The position numbers and the translations under genes are program-made. Source: Ruminococcus sp. (lineage in GTDB: Bacteria > Bacillota > Clostridia > Oscillospirales > Ruminococcaceae). From it: a stretch of DNA of 64,000 nt. The DNA lies in assembly GCF_022768805.1 (NCBI RefSeq), contig NZ_JALELB010000028.1, one strand, 5' to 3'. Positions 44,389 through 54,219 of this stretch are shown one piece after another. Each line of letters starts with the position of its first letter. The first letter of the stretch is position 1. Below the pieces are notes generated by a model. That model saw nothing but the letters and a program-made list of their open reading frames with translations. It had not been told where the DNA came from and ran no database searches.

Positions 44389-45502
44389 TTCTGTGCTCCT
44401 CCTTATACGTTGTCATCTTTGCTACAAATTCATCAAATGCATATGCAGTATCCAGGGGGCCGCCGTGTGCCTCCGGATGGAACTGTACAGTATGTGCATC
44501 ACAGTCCAGATACCGCACGCCCTCACAGGTCTTGTCATTGGCATTGATGTGGGTCAGCACTGCCACCTTGGGATCCAGACTGTCCGCAACCACCGCATAG
44601 CCGTGGTTCTGGCTGGTGACATAGGTTCTGTCATGCTCCAGGTCGATAACCGGCTGATTGCCGCCCCGGTGGCCATACTTGAGCTTTTCGGTTCTGGCTC
44701 CGTGGGCCAATGCCATCAGCTGATGCCCCAGGCAGATGCCGAAGATCGGAATACCCAGCTTGCAGATCTGCTTCAGGTTTTCGATGACATCCACATTTTC
44801 CTCCGGATTGCCCGGCCCGTTGGACAGCATAATGCCATCCGGGTTGATTTGACGGATTTGCTCCGCCGTAGTGGTAGCAGGTACGACATAAACCTGACAG
44901 CCACGCTCAATAAGCATTCTGCGGATATTCCGCTTATAACCGAAGTCAAAGAGCACCACCCGCAGAGGTGCATCTTCCTCCCCGTATACACGGATCTGGG
45001 TATCCGTCACGCTCTTGACTGCGTTCTGGATGGAGAATGCCCGGATCTGCTCCAGGTATGCATCCTTATTGGCATATACATCCTCTGTGGTAATCATGCC
45101 ATTCATGACGCCGGTTTCCCGGATCATTCTGGTGAGGCACCGGGTATCAATATTGTGAATGCCGATGACATTGTGCCGGATCAGAAAATCATTGATATCG
45201 CCTTCGCTGCGGAAATTAGAGGGTGTGTTGCACCATTCCCGGATAATATAGCCGCTCAGGTATGTATCGTTGGATTCTGCATCCGCCTCATTCACCCCGT
45301 AGTTGCCGATCAGCGGGAATGTCTGGGTAACGATCTGTCCATAATAGCTGGGGTCAGTCAGCGTTTCCTGGTATGCGGTCACGCCGGTGGTAAACACAAC
45401 CTCGCCGATTACCGTACCCTTTGCACCGCAGCTGCGGCCCTCAAAAACCGTACCGTTTGCAAGGAGCAGATACGCTTTTTCGCCCTGATTGAATAATGAC
45501 AT
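44372..45502 (-). CDS. carA: carbamoyl-phosphate synthase small (glutaminase) subunit
   Basis: 376 aa with the active-site GICLGHQL and HGGP in the class-I amidotransferase domain. Confidence 0.95.
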   Translation of the reverse strand: MSLFNQGEKAYLLLANGTVFEGRSCGAKGTVIGEVVFTTGVTAYQETLTDPSYYGQIVTQTFPLIGNYGVNEADAESNDTYLSGYIIREWCNTPSNFRSEGDINDFLIRHNVIGIHNIDTRCLTRMIRETGVMNGMITTEDVYANKDAYLEQIRAFSIQNAVKSVTDTQIRVYGEEDAPLRVVLFDFGYKRNIRRMLIERGCQVYVVPATTTAEQIRQINPDGIMLSNGPGNPEENVDVIENLKQICKLGIPIFGICLGHQLMALAHGARTEKLKYGHRGGNQPVIDLEHDRTYVTSQNHGYAVVADSLDPKVAVLTHINANDKTCEGVRYLDCDAHTVQFHPEAHGGPLDTAYAFDEFVAKMTTYKEEHRNAAEK

Positions 45503-45522
45503 CTGTTTGCTTCCCCTCTCAC

Positions 45523-46446
45523 TTATTTGATGTTAATGTAGGAGGTCAGATCCTCCCGCATGCGGATGGCTTCTCGTCTGGCAGCCTGGGCAAAATCGTG
45601 CTCATCGCAGCCTTCCTTCTGGTATGCGCACATAATGGCTCGGGAGGAATTCACAATAGCCCCCATGCCGTTTTCGTCAAATGCACCAGCCACACCGGCA
45701 GCGCCGCCGCCCTGTGCCCCATAGCCGGGAACCAGGAACATGGTGTGGGGCAAACGGGCACGCAGCTCCTTGAGCTGCTCCGGATAGGTTGCGCCCACCA
45801 CTGCGCCGATGGAGGAATAGCCGTACTGACCGATCTGCTCCTTGCCCCAGGCTTCACACATATCCCCCATAATGGCATAAACCGGAACGCCGTCAATCAG
45901 CCTGTCCTGGAGCTCTCCGCTGGAGGGATTGGAGGTCTTGACCAGCACGAAAATGCCCTTGTCATGCGCCTTGCAGGTCTGCAGCAGCGGATTGATCCCG
46001 TCGGAGCCCAGGTAGCCGTTCACAGTCAGTGCATCTGCACCAAAGGGGGTACACTCGTTCTCTCCTACCATAGTTGTGCCCAGATGCGCCGCTGTGTATG
46101 CTTCCATGGTTGCGCCGATGTCATTTCGCTTGCCATCGGTGATGACGAACATGCCTTTGAGCTTTGCATAGCGGATAGTACGCTCCAGGGTCTTGATGCC
46201 ATGATGCCCGTACATTTCATAGTAAGCAGCCTGGGGCTTGATGGCAGGTACAATGTCGCAGATTGCGTCAATGATCTCCTGGTTGAACCGGAAAATCGCC
46301 CGGGATGCGGCCTTCAGGCTCTCCCCATCCACATCCATATAGGTTTTCTGAATGTAGGACGGCACATAGGAAAGCTTGGGATCCAGTCCCACAACGGTGG
46401 GGTTTTTCATCTCCCGGATTTTCGTAATCAGTCTGTCAAATGACAT
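45523..46446 (-). CDS. pyrF: orotidine 5'-phosphate decarboxylase (long, type-2 form)
   Basis: 307 aa with VVGLDP, ITDGKRNDIG and VLVKTSNPS. Confidence 0.9.
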   Translation of the reverse strand: MSFDRLITKIREMKNPTVVGLDPKLSYVPSYIQKTYMDVDGESLKAASRAIFRFNQEIIDAICDIVPAIKPQAAYYEMYGHHGIKTLERTIRYAKLKGMFVITDGKRNDIGATMEAYTAAHLGTTMVGENECTPFGADALTVNGYLGSDGINPLLQTCKAHDKGIFVLVKTSNPSSGELQDRLIDGVPVYAIMGDMCEAWGKEQIGQYGYSSIGAVVGATYPEQLKELRARLPHTMFLVPGYGAQGGGAAGVAGAFDENGMGAIVNSSRAIMCAYQKEGCDEHDFAQAARREAIRMREDLTSYINIK

Positions 46447-46458
46447 GGCGTTTCCTCC

Positions 46459-47718
46459 TTAATCCTTGTTGTATTGAAAGCGAATTTCTCCGCCGGTTAT
46501 CGTGGTATGCACACGGCCCTGCAGGGTCATGCCCTTGAACACCGTGTTGTGGGATTTGGAATGGAGCTTTGCAGGATCCACAGTCCAGCTCTCATTCAGG
46601 TCCACCAAAATGAGATCTGCATCCGCCCCCTCCGCCAGCTGGGGAACCGGCAGTCCCAGAAGCCTGCGGGGTGTTTCTGCCATCAGCCGGACAATGTCCG
46701 TCAATGTCAGCTTCCCGGTATGGTACAGCCCGGTGAGGGTTGCCGCCAGGGAGGTCTCCAGCCCCACTACTCCGTTGGGTGCGGTTTCAAAGTCGGCTTT
46801 TTCCTCCGCACTGTGGGGCGCATGATCCGTTACGATACAGTCAATGGTGCCGTCACAGACACCCTGCTCCACCGCCAGCCGGTCGGACTCCTCCCGAAGC
46901 GGGGGATTCATACGGAAATCCGCATCCCGTGCCAGCAGCTTTTCCTCCGTCAGCAGGAAGTAATGGGGGCAGGTTTCACAGGTTACCTTTACGCCCCGTG
47001 CCTTTGCCTGGCGGATCAGCTCCACGCTGCCGGCAGTGCTCACATGAGCAATGTGGATCCGGGAGCCGGTTTCCTCCGCCAGCCGGATTTCCCGGGCGGT
47101 AATGCTGTCTTCTGAAGCCCGGTCCATGCCCTTGACCCCAAGCTGCTCGCTGATTTTCCCCTTATGCATAATGCCGCCGTTGATGATCTTCAGATCCTCG
47201 CAGTGGGAAATAATCAGCAGACCGTTCCGGAGGCTTTCCTGCATTGCCTTCCGCAGCAGCTGATCGGATTCCACCGGTCTGCCGTCGTCGGAAATCGCCC
47301 GGACCCCTGCATCCATCAATGCTGCGTAATCGCAAAGCGCCTTTCCCTGTATGCCCTGGGTAATGCAGCCCACCGGATGCACCTGTACTCCGGTATCCGA
47401 CGCCTGTTCCAGAATATAACGGACAGTTTCCGGAGCATCAATGGGGGGCTTTGTGTTGGGCATGCAAGCCACACCGGTGACACCACCTGCCAGAGCCGCT
47501 GCTGCTCCCGTGTGGATATCCTCCTTATAGGTCAGCCCCGGATCCCGGAAATGCACATGCATATCGAACAGTCCCGGCAGAGCTGTCAGACCTTTTGCGT
47601 CCAGCACCTGATCCGCAGCTTCGTGTATACTGCCGATCTTCAGGATCTTCCCCTCCGCCAGCAGCATATCGCATTGCCTGCCCTCCAGGCTCACATTCCG
47701 AATCAGAATTCTATTCAT
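46459..47718 (-). CDS. pyrC: dihydroorotase
   Basis: 419 aa with DMHVHFRDPG, HIAHVST and VTDHAPH. Confidence 0.95.
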   Translation of the reverse strand: MNRILIRNVSLEGRQCDMLLAEGKILKIGSIHEAADQVLDAKGLTALPGLFDMHVHFRDPGLTYKEDIHTGAAAALAGGVTGVACMPNTKPPIDAPETVRYILEQASDTGVQVHPVGCITQGIQGKALCDYAALMDAGVRAISDDGRPVESDQLLRKAMQESLRNGLLIISHCEDLKIINGGIMHKGKISEQLGVKGMDRASEDSITAREIRLAEETGSRIHIAHVSTAGSVELIRQAKARGVKVTCETCPHYFLLTEEKLLARDADFRMNPPLREESDRLAVEQGVCDGTIDCIVTDHAPHSAEEKADFETAPNGVVGLETSLAATLTGLYHTGKLTLTDIVRLMAETPRRLLGLPVPQLAEGADADLILVDLNESWTVDPAKLHSKSHNTVFKGMTLQGRVHTTITGGEIRFQYNKD

Positions 47719-48250
47719 TCAGCCCTCCTCCGCATACAAAAAGACACCATCGGCATTGTCAAGCTCCGTCATTTTCACCCGAACGGTTTCCTCTCCTGAG
47801 GTTGTAAGATTCTTTCCCACATAATCCGGACGGATGGGCAGCTCCCGGTGGCCTCTGTCCACCAGTGCCGCCAGCTGGATGCAGTCCGGTCTGCCCCGGG
47901 TAATCAGGGCGTCAATCGCCGCCCGTGTGGTGCGCCCGGTACAGATCACATCATCCACAATGACTACACGCATGCCGTTGATGTCAAAATCAATCCTTGT
48001 TTTTTCCGGTAAATCCGAATCCTTTTTATCATCCCGGTAAGGGGTGATATCCAGTGCGCCGCAGGGCACTGTTACATGCTCCAGTGCCTGAATTTTCTCG
48101 CTGATCCGTTTGGCCAGCACAGCGCCCCGTGAAAAAATACCCACAAGACACACGCCCTCGGTACCCTTGTTCCGTTCCAGAATCTCGTAGGTAATCCGGG
48201 TAATTGCACGCTCCATGGCGCTTGCATCCATAATCACACGGGTCTTCAAC
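47719..48250 (-). CDS. pyrR: bifunctional pyr operon attenuation regulator / uracil phosphoribosyltransferase PyrR
   Basis: ...KTRVIMDASAMERAITRITYEILERNKG...VVIVDDVICTGRTTRAA. I propose the TTG start at 48250, with AGGAG 8 nt upstream. The first ATG is at 48231. The ORF-track start at 48366 would run through the attenuator and is rejected. Confidence 0.85.
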
Positions 48251-48268
48251 CAAACCGCTCCTTTCTGC

Positions 48269-48370
48269 AAAAAAACGTGCACCGGCTGACCGATGCACGT
48301 AGCTTGCAGAAACCCGGGCGTATACTTCGCCCTGACTCCGATTCTATTGCACCTTGTCAACCTCACAGGA
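48269..48370 (-). promoter_or_regulatory. PyrR-type transcription attenuator (binding loop plus intrinsic terminator) in the pyr leader
   Basis: The minus-strand RNA contains GAUCCUGUGAGGUUGACAAGG (48370-48352), which resembles the PyrR binding loop core (UCC-purine-G-A/U-GAGG). The terminator is CGUGCAUCGGUCAGCCGGUGCACG (48299-48276) followed by UUUUUUU (48275-48269), directly ahead of the pyrR RBS. Confidence 0.7.
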
Positions 48371-48395
48371 TCAACTTAAAGGCTCTATTTGTTAT

Positions 48396-48424
48396 AGTAT
48401 AGCATACTCTGCGGCATTTGTCCA
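48396..48424 (-). promoter_or_regulatory. sigma-A promoter of the pyr operon
   Basis: On the minus strand: TGGACA (48424-48419), a 17 nt spacer, then TATACT (48401-48396). Confidence 0.6.
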
Positions 48425-48438
48425 GCACTTTTTCAAAT

Positions 48439-48606
48439 TTATGACCGTCTCCGCCGAAAAAAACACACAAGTCTAATCAATACCCTGCCAACAGCCAGAA
48501 CCACACAGGGTATGGTCATCAGATAAGCATTCTTCGCCAGCTGCACCTGCCGGGGCTCCGGTGCCCCAATGGTGAAAAATCTGCCGCAGCCGAATATCAG
48601 CTTCAT
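48439..48606 (-). CDS. small hypothetical membrane protein (55 aa), translationally coupled to trmB
   Basis: MKLIFGCGRFFTIGAPEPRQVQLAKNAYLMTIPCVVLAVGRVLIRLVCFFRRRRS has one TM segment plus an Arg tail. Its ATG forms an ATGA overlap with the trmB stop (48606-48603). Confidence 0.4.
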   Translation of the reverse strand: MKLIFGCGRFFTIGAPEPRQVQLAKNAYLMTIPCVVLAVGRVLIRLVCFFRRRRS

Positions 48607-49265
48607 ACCTGTCCCTCCGGCTGTGCAATCAGGAACTTGATGCACTTGCCCTCGTCCGTAAACATTTTTTCATGCTCCGTTTCCAGATTCTCTGCAAATC
48701 CACTTGCGTGCAGATCCCAGGTCTGATAGGTAACCCGGTAGCCGCATTCCGGCAGATACTCCAGGGTTTCCTGAAAGAGTTCGTCATCATCCGTCTTGAA
48801 CCACAGCTCTCCCCGCAGAAACGCCTTGTACTGCATCAGCTGTCTGGGATGGGTAAGCCGTCGCTTTTTATGCTTTGGCCGGGGCCAGGGATTGCAGAAA
48901 TTGATGTAGATCCTGTCCACCCGATCCTCCGGCGCAAAGGCATCCGAAATATAGGAAATATTGAAAATGGCTATTTTCACGTTCTCCGCCGGCTGCTGCG
49001 CTGCGGCATATGCCGCCTCCAGCTTCCGCTTTGCAAGCCCCAGCATTTCATTTTTGATATCCAGGGCAATCAGGTTCACCTGGGGGTACCGCAGCACCGC
49101 CTGGGAGATCCAGCCTCCCTTGCCGCAGCCCAGCTCCAGATACAAGGGACGCTCTGGATGAGGAAACTGCTCCCGCCAGTGTCCCCGCAGAGCTTTCGGC
49201 TCCGGTACATAAAAGGGGCAGGCCTCCAGCTCCGGCTTTGCCCAGGCCTTATGTCTGATCCGCAT
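48603..49265 (-). CDS. trmB: tRNA (guanine(46)-N7)-methyltransferase
   Basis: 220 aa with LELGCGKGGW, the INFCNPWPRPKHKKRRL motif and FKTDDDELF. Confidence 0.9.
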   Translation of the reverse strand: MRIRHKAWAKPELEACPFYVPEPKALRGHWREQFPHPERPLYLELGCGKGGWISQAVLRYPQVNLIALDIKNEMLGLAKRKLEAAYAAAQQPAENVKIAIFNISYISDAFAPEDRVDRIYINFCNPWPRPKHKKRRLTHPRQLMQYKAFLRGELWFKTDDDELFQETLEYLPECGYRVTYQTWDLHASGFAENLETEHEKMFTDEGKCIKFLIAQPEGQV

Positions 49266-49271
49266 ATGCCC

Positions 49272-50552
49272 TTACTTTCCACACGCCAGCGCCCGCTGAC
49301 CAATATCCTTCCGGTAGTGGGCACCCTCAAAGCGAATCTGTTCCACTGCTGCATAAGCGCCATCCAGCGCCTGCTGTAAGGTGTCCCCTGCTACAGTCAC
49401 ACCAAGCACTCTGCCGCCGGCAGTCAGGAAGATACCGTTTTCATACCTGGTACCTGCATGGTACACAAAGGCAGAATCCAGCTGTCCCTTTTCGTTCAGC
49501 CCGGAAATGGGCAGACCGGTTGCATACTTCTTGGGGTATCCGCCGCTTGCCATAATGACACATGCCACACAGCCCTTTTTCCACTGGATGTCCAGCTGAT
49601 CCAGGGTTCCTGCGTGGATTGCCTTGATAATATCCACAAAATCCGTTTTCAGCAGGGGCAGAACCACCTGAGTTTCCGGATCGCCGAACCGGCAGTTGTA
49701 TTCAATCACCTTGGGACCCTTGGGGGTCAGCATCAGACCGAAGTAGAGACAACCCTTGAAGGCACGGCCTTCCTTGGCCATGGCATCCACCGTGGGACGG
49801 AAGATGGTCTGCATACAGATCTCTGCAATCTCCTTAGTGTAATAGGGATTGGGAGAAACCGTACCCATACCGCCGGTATTCAGCCCCTGATCTCCGTCGT
49901 TTGCCCGCTTGTGATCCATGGAGGAGATCATGGGACGCACGGTCTTGCCGTCTGTAAAGCACAGCACAGAAACCTCAGGTCCGGTGAGGAATTCCTCCAC
50001 TACGATCTGTGCGCCGCTTTCGCCGAAGATCTTATCCTCCATCATGGAGCGCACCGCAGCTTCTGCCTCGGCAAAATCCTGCGCCAGCACCACGCCCTTG
50101 CCCAGCGCAAGACCATCCGCCTTAATCACAGTGGGGTATGTATTCTTCGCCTTGATGTAGGCAATCGCTTGATCCGGCTGGGTAAAGACCTCATATCCGG
50201 CAGTGGGAATGCCGTACTGCTTCATCAGCTGCTTGGAGAATACCTTGCTGCCCTCAATGATGGCTGCAGCCTTGCTGGGACCGAAGGTCATGAAGCCCTC
50301 CGCCTCCATAGCATCCACCATACCCAGCACCAGGGGATCATCCGGCGCAACAAATACAATATCCACCGCCAGCTGCTTTGCCAGCTGCACCATGCCTTCA
50401 ATATCCGTTGCCTTCACGGGATAACAGGTGGCATACTGTGCAATGCCCCCGTTGCCAGGTGCGCAGTACAGTGCGTCAACCTGCTTGCTCTCGGCAAGCT
50501 TCATGATAATGGCGTGCTCTCTTCCGCCGCCGCCGACTACTAAAATTTTCAT
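49272..50552 (-). CDS. purD: phosphoribosylamine-glycine ligase
   Basis: MKILVVGGGGREHAI... with an ATP-grasp core. The start is set at the ATG at 50552, with GGAGGA upstream. Confidence 0.95.
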   Translation of the reverse strand: MKILVVGGGGREHAIIMKLAESKQVDALYCAPGNGGIAQYATCYPVKATDIEGMVQLAKQLAVDIVFVAPDDPLVLGMVDAMEAEGFMTFGPSKAAAIIEGSKVFSKQLMKQYGIPTAGYEVFTQPDQAIAYIKAKNTYPTVIKADGLALGKGVVLAQDFAEAEAAVRSMMEDKIFGESGAQIVVEEFLTGPEVSVLCFTDGKTVRPMISSMDHKRANDGDQGLNTGGMGTVSPNPYYTKEIAEICMQTIFRPTVDAMAKEGRAFKGCLYFGLMLTPKGPKVIEYNCRFGDPETQVVLPLLKTDFVDIIKAIHAGTLDQLDIQWKKGCVACVIMASGGYPKKYATGLPISGLNEKGQLDSAFVYHAGTRYENGIFLTAGGRVLGVTVAGDTLQQALDGAYAAVEQIRFEGAHYRKDIGQRALACGK

Positions 50553-50584
50553 TGGTTTCCTCCAGCTCTTTGGTGATGTACCCA

Positions 50585-51763
50585 TCAATGATGGAACAGG
50601 CGGATGCCGGTAAATGCCATGGCAATGCCGTACTTATTGCAGGTTTCGATGACATTGTCATCCCGGATAGAGCCGCCAGGCTGTGCAATGTATGCAACCC
50701 CGCTCTTCTTTGCCCGTTCGATATTGTCGCCAAAGGGGAAGAATGCGTCGGAACCCAGGCACACGTCCGTATTCTTGGCAAGCCATGCCTGCTTTTCTTC
50801 CTTGGTGAATACTGCCGGCTTCACCTTGAAAATCTGCTCCCAAGCACCGTCTGCCAGCACATCCATGTATTCATCGGAAATATACACGTCAATGGCATTG
50901 TCCCGGTCTGCCCGGCGGATGCCGTCTACGAACTGTAAGCCAAGCACCTGGGGGGACTGCCGGAGCCACCAGTTGTCCGCCTTCTGTCCCGCAAGGCGGG
51001 TACAGTGAATTCTGGACTGCTGCCCTGCGCCGATGCCGATGGCCTGACCGTCCTTCACGTAGCATACGGAATTGGACTGGGTATACTTCAGGGTAATCAG
51101 GGAAATCAGCAGATCCCGCTTCTTGTCATCGGGAATATTCTTGTTGTCCGTAACCACATTCTCCAGCAGTGCATTGTCAATGTTCAGATTGTTTCTGCCC
51201 TGCTCAAAGGTAACGCCGAATACCTGCTTGCGCTCAATGGGAGCAGGCTCATAGCTTTCATCGATCTGGATAATGTTATATGTACCCTTCCGCTTGGATT
51301 TGAGGATCTCCAGAGCCTCCGGCTCATAGCCCGGTGCAATGATACCGTCGGAAACCTCCCGCTGAATCATTTTTGCGGTGGGCACATCGCATACATCGGA
51401 CAGGGCGATAAAATCCCCGTAGGAGGACATCCGGTCTGCGCCTCTTGCTCTGGCATAGGCGCATGCCAGCGGAGAAAGCTCTCCCAGGTCATCCACAAAA
51501 TAGATCTGCTTCAGCGTATCCGACAGGGGGGCACCCACAGCCGCACCGGCAGGAGATACATGCTTGAAGGAGGTTGCCGCACATATACCGGTGGCCTGCT
51601 TCAGCTCCCGCACCAGCTGCCAGCCGTTGAAGGCATCCAGCAGGTTGATATACCCGGGCTTGCCGTTGAGCACCGTAATCGGCAGCTCTCCGGACTCCAT
51701 ATAAATTCTGGACGGCTTCTGATTCGGGTTGCAGCCGTATTTCAAAAACATTTCGTTTGCCAT
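50585..51763 (-). CDS. purH: AICAR formyltransferase (PurH transformylase domain only; no MGS-like IMP cyclohydrolase domain)
   Basis: 392 aa. It starts directly with FLKYGCNPNQKP... and ends IAQPGGSIRDDNVIETCNKYGIAMAFTGIRLFHH, as in the C-terminal half of bifunctional PurH. Confidence 0.85.
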   Translation of the reverse strand: MANEMFLKYGCNPNQKPSRIYMESGELPITVLNGKPGYINLLDAFNGWQLVRELKQATGICAATSFKHVSPAGAAVGAPLSDTLKQIYFVDDLGELSPLACAYARARGADRMSSYGDFIALSDVCDVPTAKMIQREVSDGIIAPGYEPEALEILKSKRKGTYNIIQIDESYEPAPIERKQVFGVTFEQGRNNLNIDNALLENVVTDNKNIPDDKKRDLLISLITLKYTQSNSVCYVKDGQAIGIGAGQQSRIHCTRLAGQKADNWWLRQSPQVLGLQFVDGIRRADRDNAIDVYISDEYMDVLADGAWEQIFKVKPAVFTKEEKQAWLAKNTDVCLGSDAFFPFGDNIERAKKSGVAYIAQPGGSIRDDNVIETCNKYGIAMAFTGIRLFHH

Positions 51764-51778
51764 GATGTTCTACCTCTC

Positions 51779-52492
51779 TCAGGAATTTTTGTTGACAATC
51801 TTGGAAATGGTATCGCCGGTATGCAGGTCAATATACCGTACAAACAGCGAAACCTTGTTATCCGAATTCAAACTATCCCACAGCTGGCGGGTGAATTCGG
51901 TGATGTCATTGGGAACTGCCACCAGCTTGGGCTCACCCTCAAAGCTGGGCAGCGGATTGCCGTCCCCCTGGTAGGTGTGGATAAAGTGCCCCTGGCCGTT
52001 GATGGGATTCTTGTAGGTAAAGGTGAAGCGCTGGCAGGAGGCCGGATCCCCGTTGGCACTCTTGAGGATGGAAAGTGCATAGTTGAAGTTCTCCCCCTCC
52101 TGCTTGATGACGCCGGAAATACGGGGAGTGTAATTGGGTGCATCCGGTTCAAATTCCCGGCTGCGCAGAGCCTGCTCAAAGGTCAGCTGATTATTCAAAC
52201 CCTCATAGATCGTATCGGTCTGGTCACCGTTTGTCACGATGGTCTTGTTGCCCAGCACCCGCACCGGCGCATAGATGATGAGGCTCGGATCCGTCAGCTT
52301 GCTCTCGTCAAAGGCCTGGGTGCGAATGCCCAGCCCATCGTTGACGAAGACCCGGTTCCGGCTGTTTTCGCTGCGGCCCATGATAAAATACACGGCAACC
52401 GCATGCTTTCCATCCTGGCTTTTTCCGATCATAATGCCCCTGCCGGGGTATGCATTGTTTTTCAGCTCATCAAAAATAGAACGCATTTCCAT
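51779..52492 (-). CDS. IMP cyclohydrolase, PurO-like (archaeal type)
   Basis: MEMRSIFDELKNNAYPGRGIMIGKSQDGKHAVAVYFIMGRSENSRNRVF... matches my memory of the PurO-type IMP cyclohydrolase family. The start is ambiguous among 52501, 52492 and 52486; SD spacing favours 52492. Confidence 0.75.
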   Translation of the reverse strand: MEMRSIFDELKNNAYPGRGIMIGKSQDGKHAVAVYFIMGRSENSRNRVFVNDGLGIRTQAFDESKLTDPSLIIYAPVRVLGNKTIVTNGDQTDTIYEGLNNQLTFEQALRSREFEPDAPNYTPRISGVIKQEGENFNYALSILKSANGDPASCQRFTFTYKNPINGQGHFIHTYQGDGNPLPSFEGEPKLVAVPNDITEFTRQLWDSLNSDNKVSLFVRYIDLHTGDTISKIVNKNS

Positions 52493-52515
52493 TGTCAGCA
52501 TCTCCTCAATCCAAA

Positions 52516-53154
52516 TTATGCGTGAATCACAGTGCGGCCCTCCCGCACTTCAATCTTATCCTGACAGAACAGGGAAACAGCCTGGGGAAGGATCTTCCAC
52601 TCCGCCTGTTCCATGATCCGCCGCTGCAGGGTTTCCGGGGTATCATCGTCCTCCACCGGTACCGCCTTCTGCAGGATGATGGGTCCGCCGTCGCAGACCT
52701 CAGTCACAAAATGTACGGTTGCACCGCTGACCTTGACGCCGCTGGCCAGGGCAGCCTCATGTACATGCAGCCCGTAAAATCCCTTGCCGCAGAAGCTGGG
52801 AATCAGCGCCGGGTGCACATTCATCATACGGTTCGGAAACGCCCTGCATACGCTCTCATCCAGAATGGTCATAAACCCTGCATATACCACCAGATCCGCC
52901 TGTTCCTCCTGCAAAGCTGCGAGAATTGCACGGGAATAGGACGCCACATCCGGATACTCCTTCCGCACCAGAACCCGTGTGGGGATTCCGTTTTCCCGGG
53001 CACGGGTCAGCGCATAGGCATCCGCTCTGGAGGAAATCACACAGGTGATCTTCCCACCGATGATCTCACCCCGGTTCTGGGCATCAATCAGCGCCTGGAG
53101 GTTGGTACCGCCGCCGGAAACCAGCACCACGATGCGCTTGTCTGTTGTCTGCAT
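52516..53154 (-). CDS. purN: phosphoribosylglycinamide formyltransferase
   Basis: 212 aa with VVLVSGGGTNLQALID, NVHPALIPSF and GATVHFV. Confidence 0.95.
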   Translation of the reverse strand: MQTTDKRIVVLVSGGGTNLQALIDAQNRGEIIGGKITCVISSRADAYALTRARENGIPTRVLVRKEYPDVASYSRAILAALQEEQADLVVYAGFMTILDESVCRAFPNRMMNVHPALIPSFCGKGFYGLHVHEAALASGVKVSGATVHFVTEVCDGGPIILQKAVPVEDDDTPETLQRRIMEQAEWKILPQAVSLFCQDKIEVREGRTVIHA

Positions 53155-53173
53155 TTGCCTGTCCTCCTTGCGA

Positions 53174-54208
53174 TCAGCAGATGATTACGCCTTCCTCGCT
53201 CTCCACCAGCTCGCCCAGCACATAAGCATGCTCACCGGCAGAATTGAGCACGGAAACCGCCTTGTCTGCATCCTGCTTGTCTACGGAAACAATCATACCC
53301 ACGCCCATATTGAAGGTGTTGAACATATCCCGCTCCGGAATATGACCGGTTCTTGCAATCAGGTCGAAAATGGGCAGCACCTGTACCGCACTGCGCTCAA
53401 TCCTGGCGCTGATGCCCTTGGGCAGGCTTCGGGGGATATTCTCATAGAAGCCGCCGCCGGTGATGTGGGAAATTGCCTTGACGTTGACAGCCTCCAGCAG
53501 GGACAGAATGGGCTTCACATAAATCCTGGTAGGAGTCAGCAGGCATTCGCCCAGGGTAGTGCCCAGATCTGCAAACTGCCGGCCCAGGGTTTCCTCGTTG
53601 ACCGTAAACACCTTCCGTACCAGGGAGAAGCCGTTGGAATGAACACCGCTGGATGCCAGCGCAATCAGCACATCCCCCGCCTTCTGGGTATCCGGCTTCA
53701 GGATCTTGTCCTTGTCCACCACACCCACAGAGAAGCCTGCAAGATCGTATTCATCCACCGGATAGAAGCCCGGCATTTCTGCGGTCTCGCCGCCTACAAG
53801 GGCACAGCCGGACTGTACACAGCCCTCGGCAACGCCGGAAACGATCTCTGCAACCTTTTCGGGATAGTTCTTGCCGACTGCAATGTAATCCAGGAAGAAC
53901 TGGGGCTTTGCGCCGCAGCAGATAATATCGTTCACACACATGGCCACACAGTCGATACCCACAGTGCTGTGCTTGTCCATCAGGAATGCAATCTTCAGCT
54001 TGGTGCCCACACCATCCGTGCCGGATACCAGAACCGGCTTGCTGATGCCGGTCATATCCAGTTCAAACAGACCGCCGAAGCCGCCGATCCCGGACAGCAC
54101 GCCGCTGGTCATGGTTCGTGCAACATGTGCCTTCATCAATTCTACCGCACGATAACCGGCAGTCACATCCACGCCGGCCTTCTTGTAACTTTCAGAATAG
54201 CTTAACAT
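53174..54208 (-). CDS. purM: phosphoribosylformylglycinamidine cyclo-ligase
   Basis: 344 aa with [18 protein letters not shown] and GGETAEMPG. Confidence 0.95.
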   Translation of the reverse strand: MLSYSESYKKAGVDVTAGYRAVELMKAHVARTMTSGVLSGIGGFGGLFELDMTGISKPVLVSGTDGVGTKLKIAFLMDKHSTVGIDCVAMCVNDIICCGAKPQFFLDYIAVGKNYPEKVAEIVSGVAEGCVQSGCALVGGETAEMPGFYPVDEYDLAGFSVGVVDKDKILKPDTQKAGDVLIALASSGVHSNGFSLVRKVFTVNEETLGRQFADLGTTLGECLLTPTRIYVKPILSLLEAVNVKAISHITGGGFYENIPRSLPKGISARIERSAVQVLPIFDLIARTGHIPERDMFNTFNMGVGMIVSVDKQDADKAVSVLNSAGEHAYVLGELVESEEGVIIC

Positions 54209-54219
54209 CAGAACCTCCG

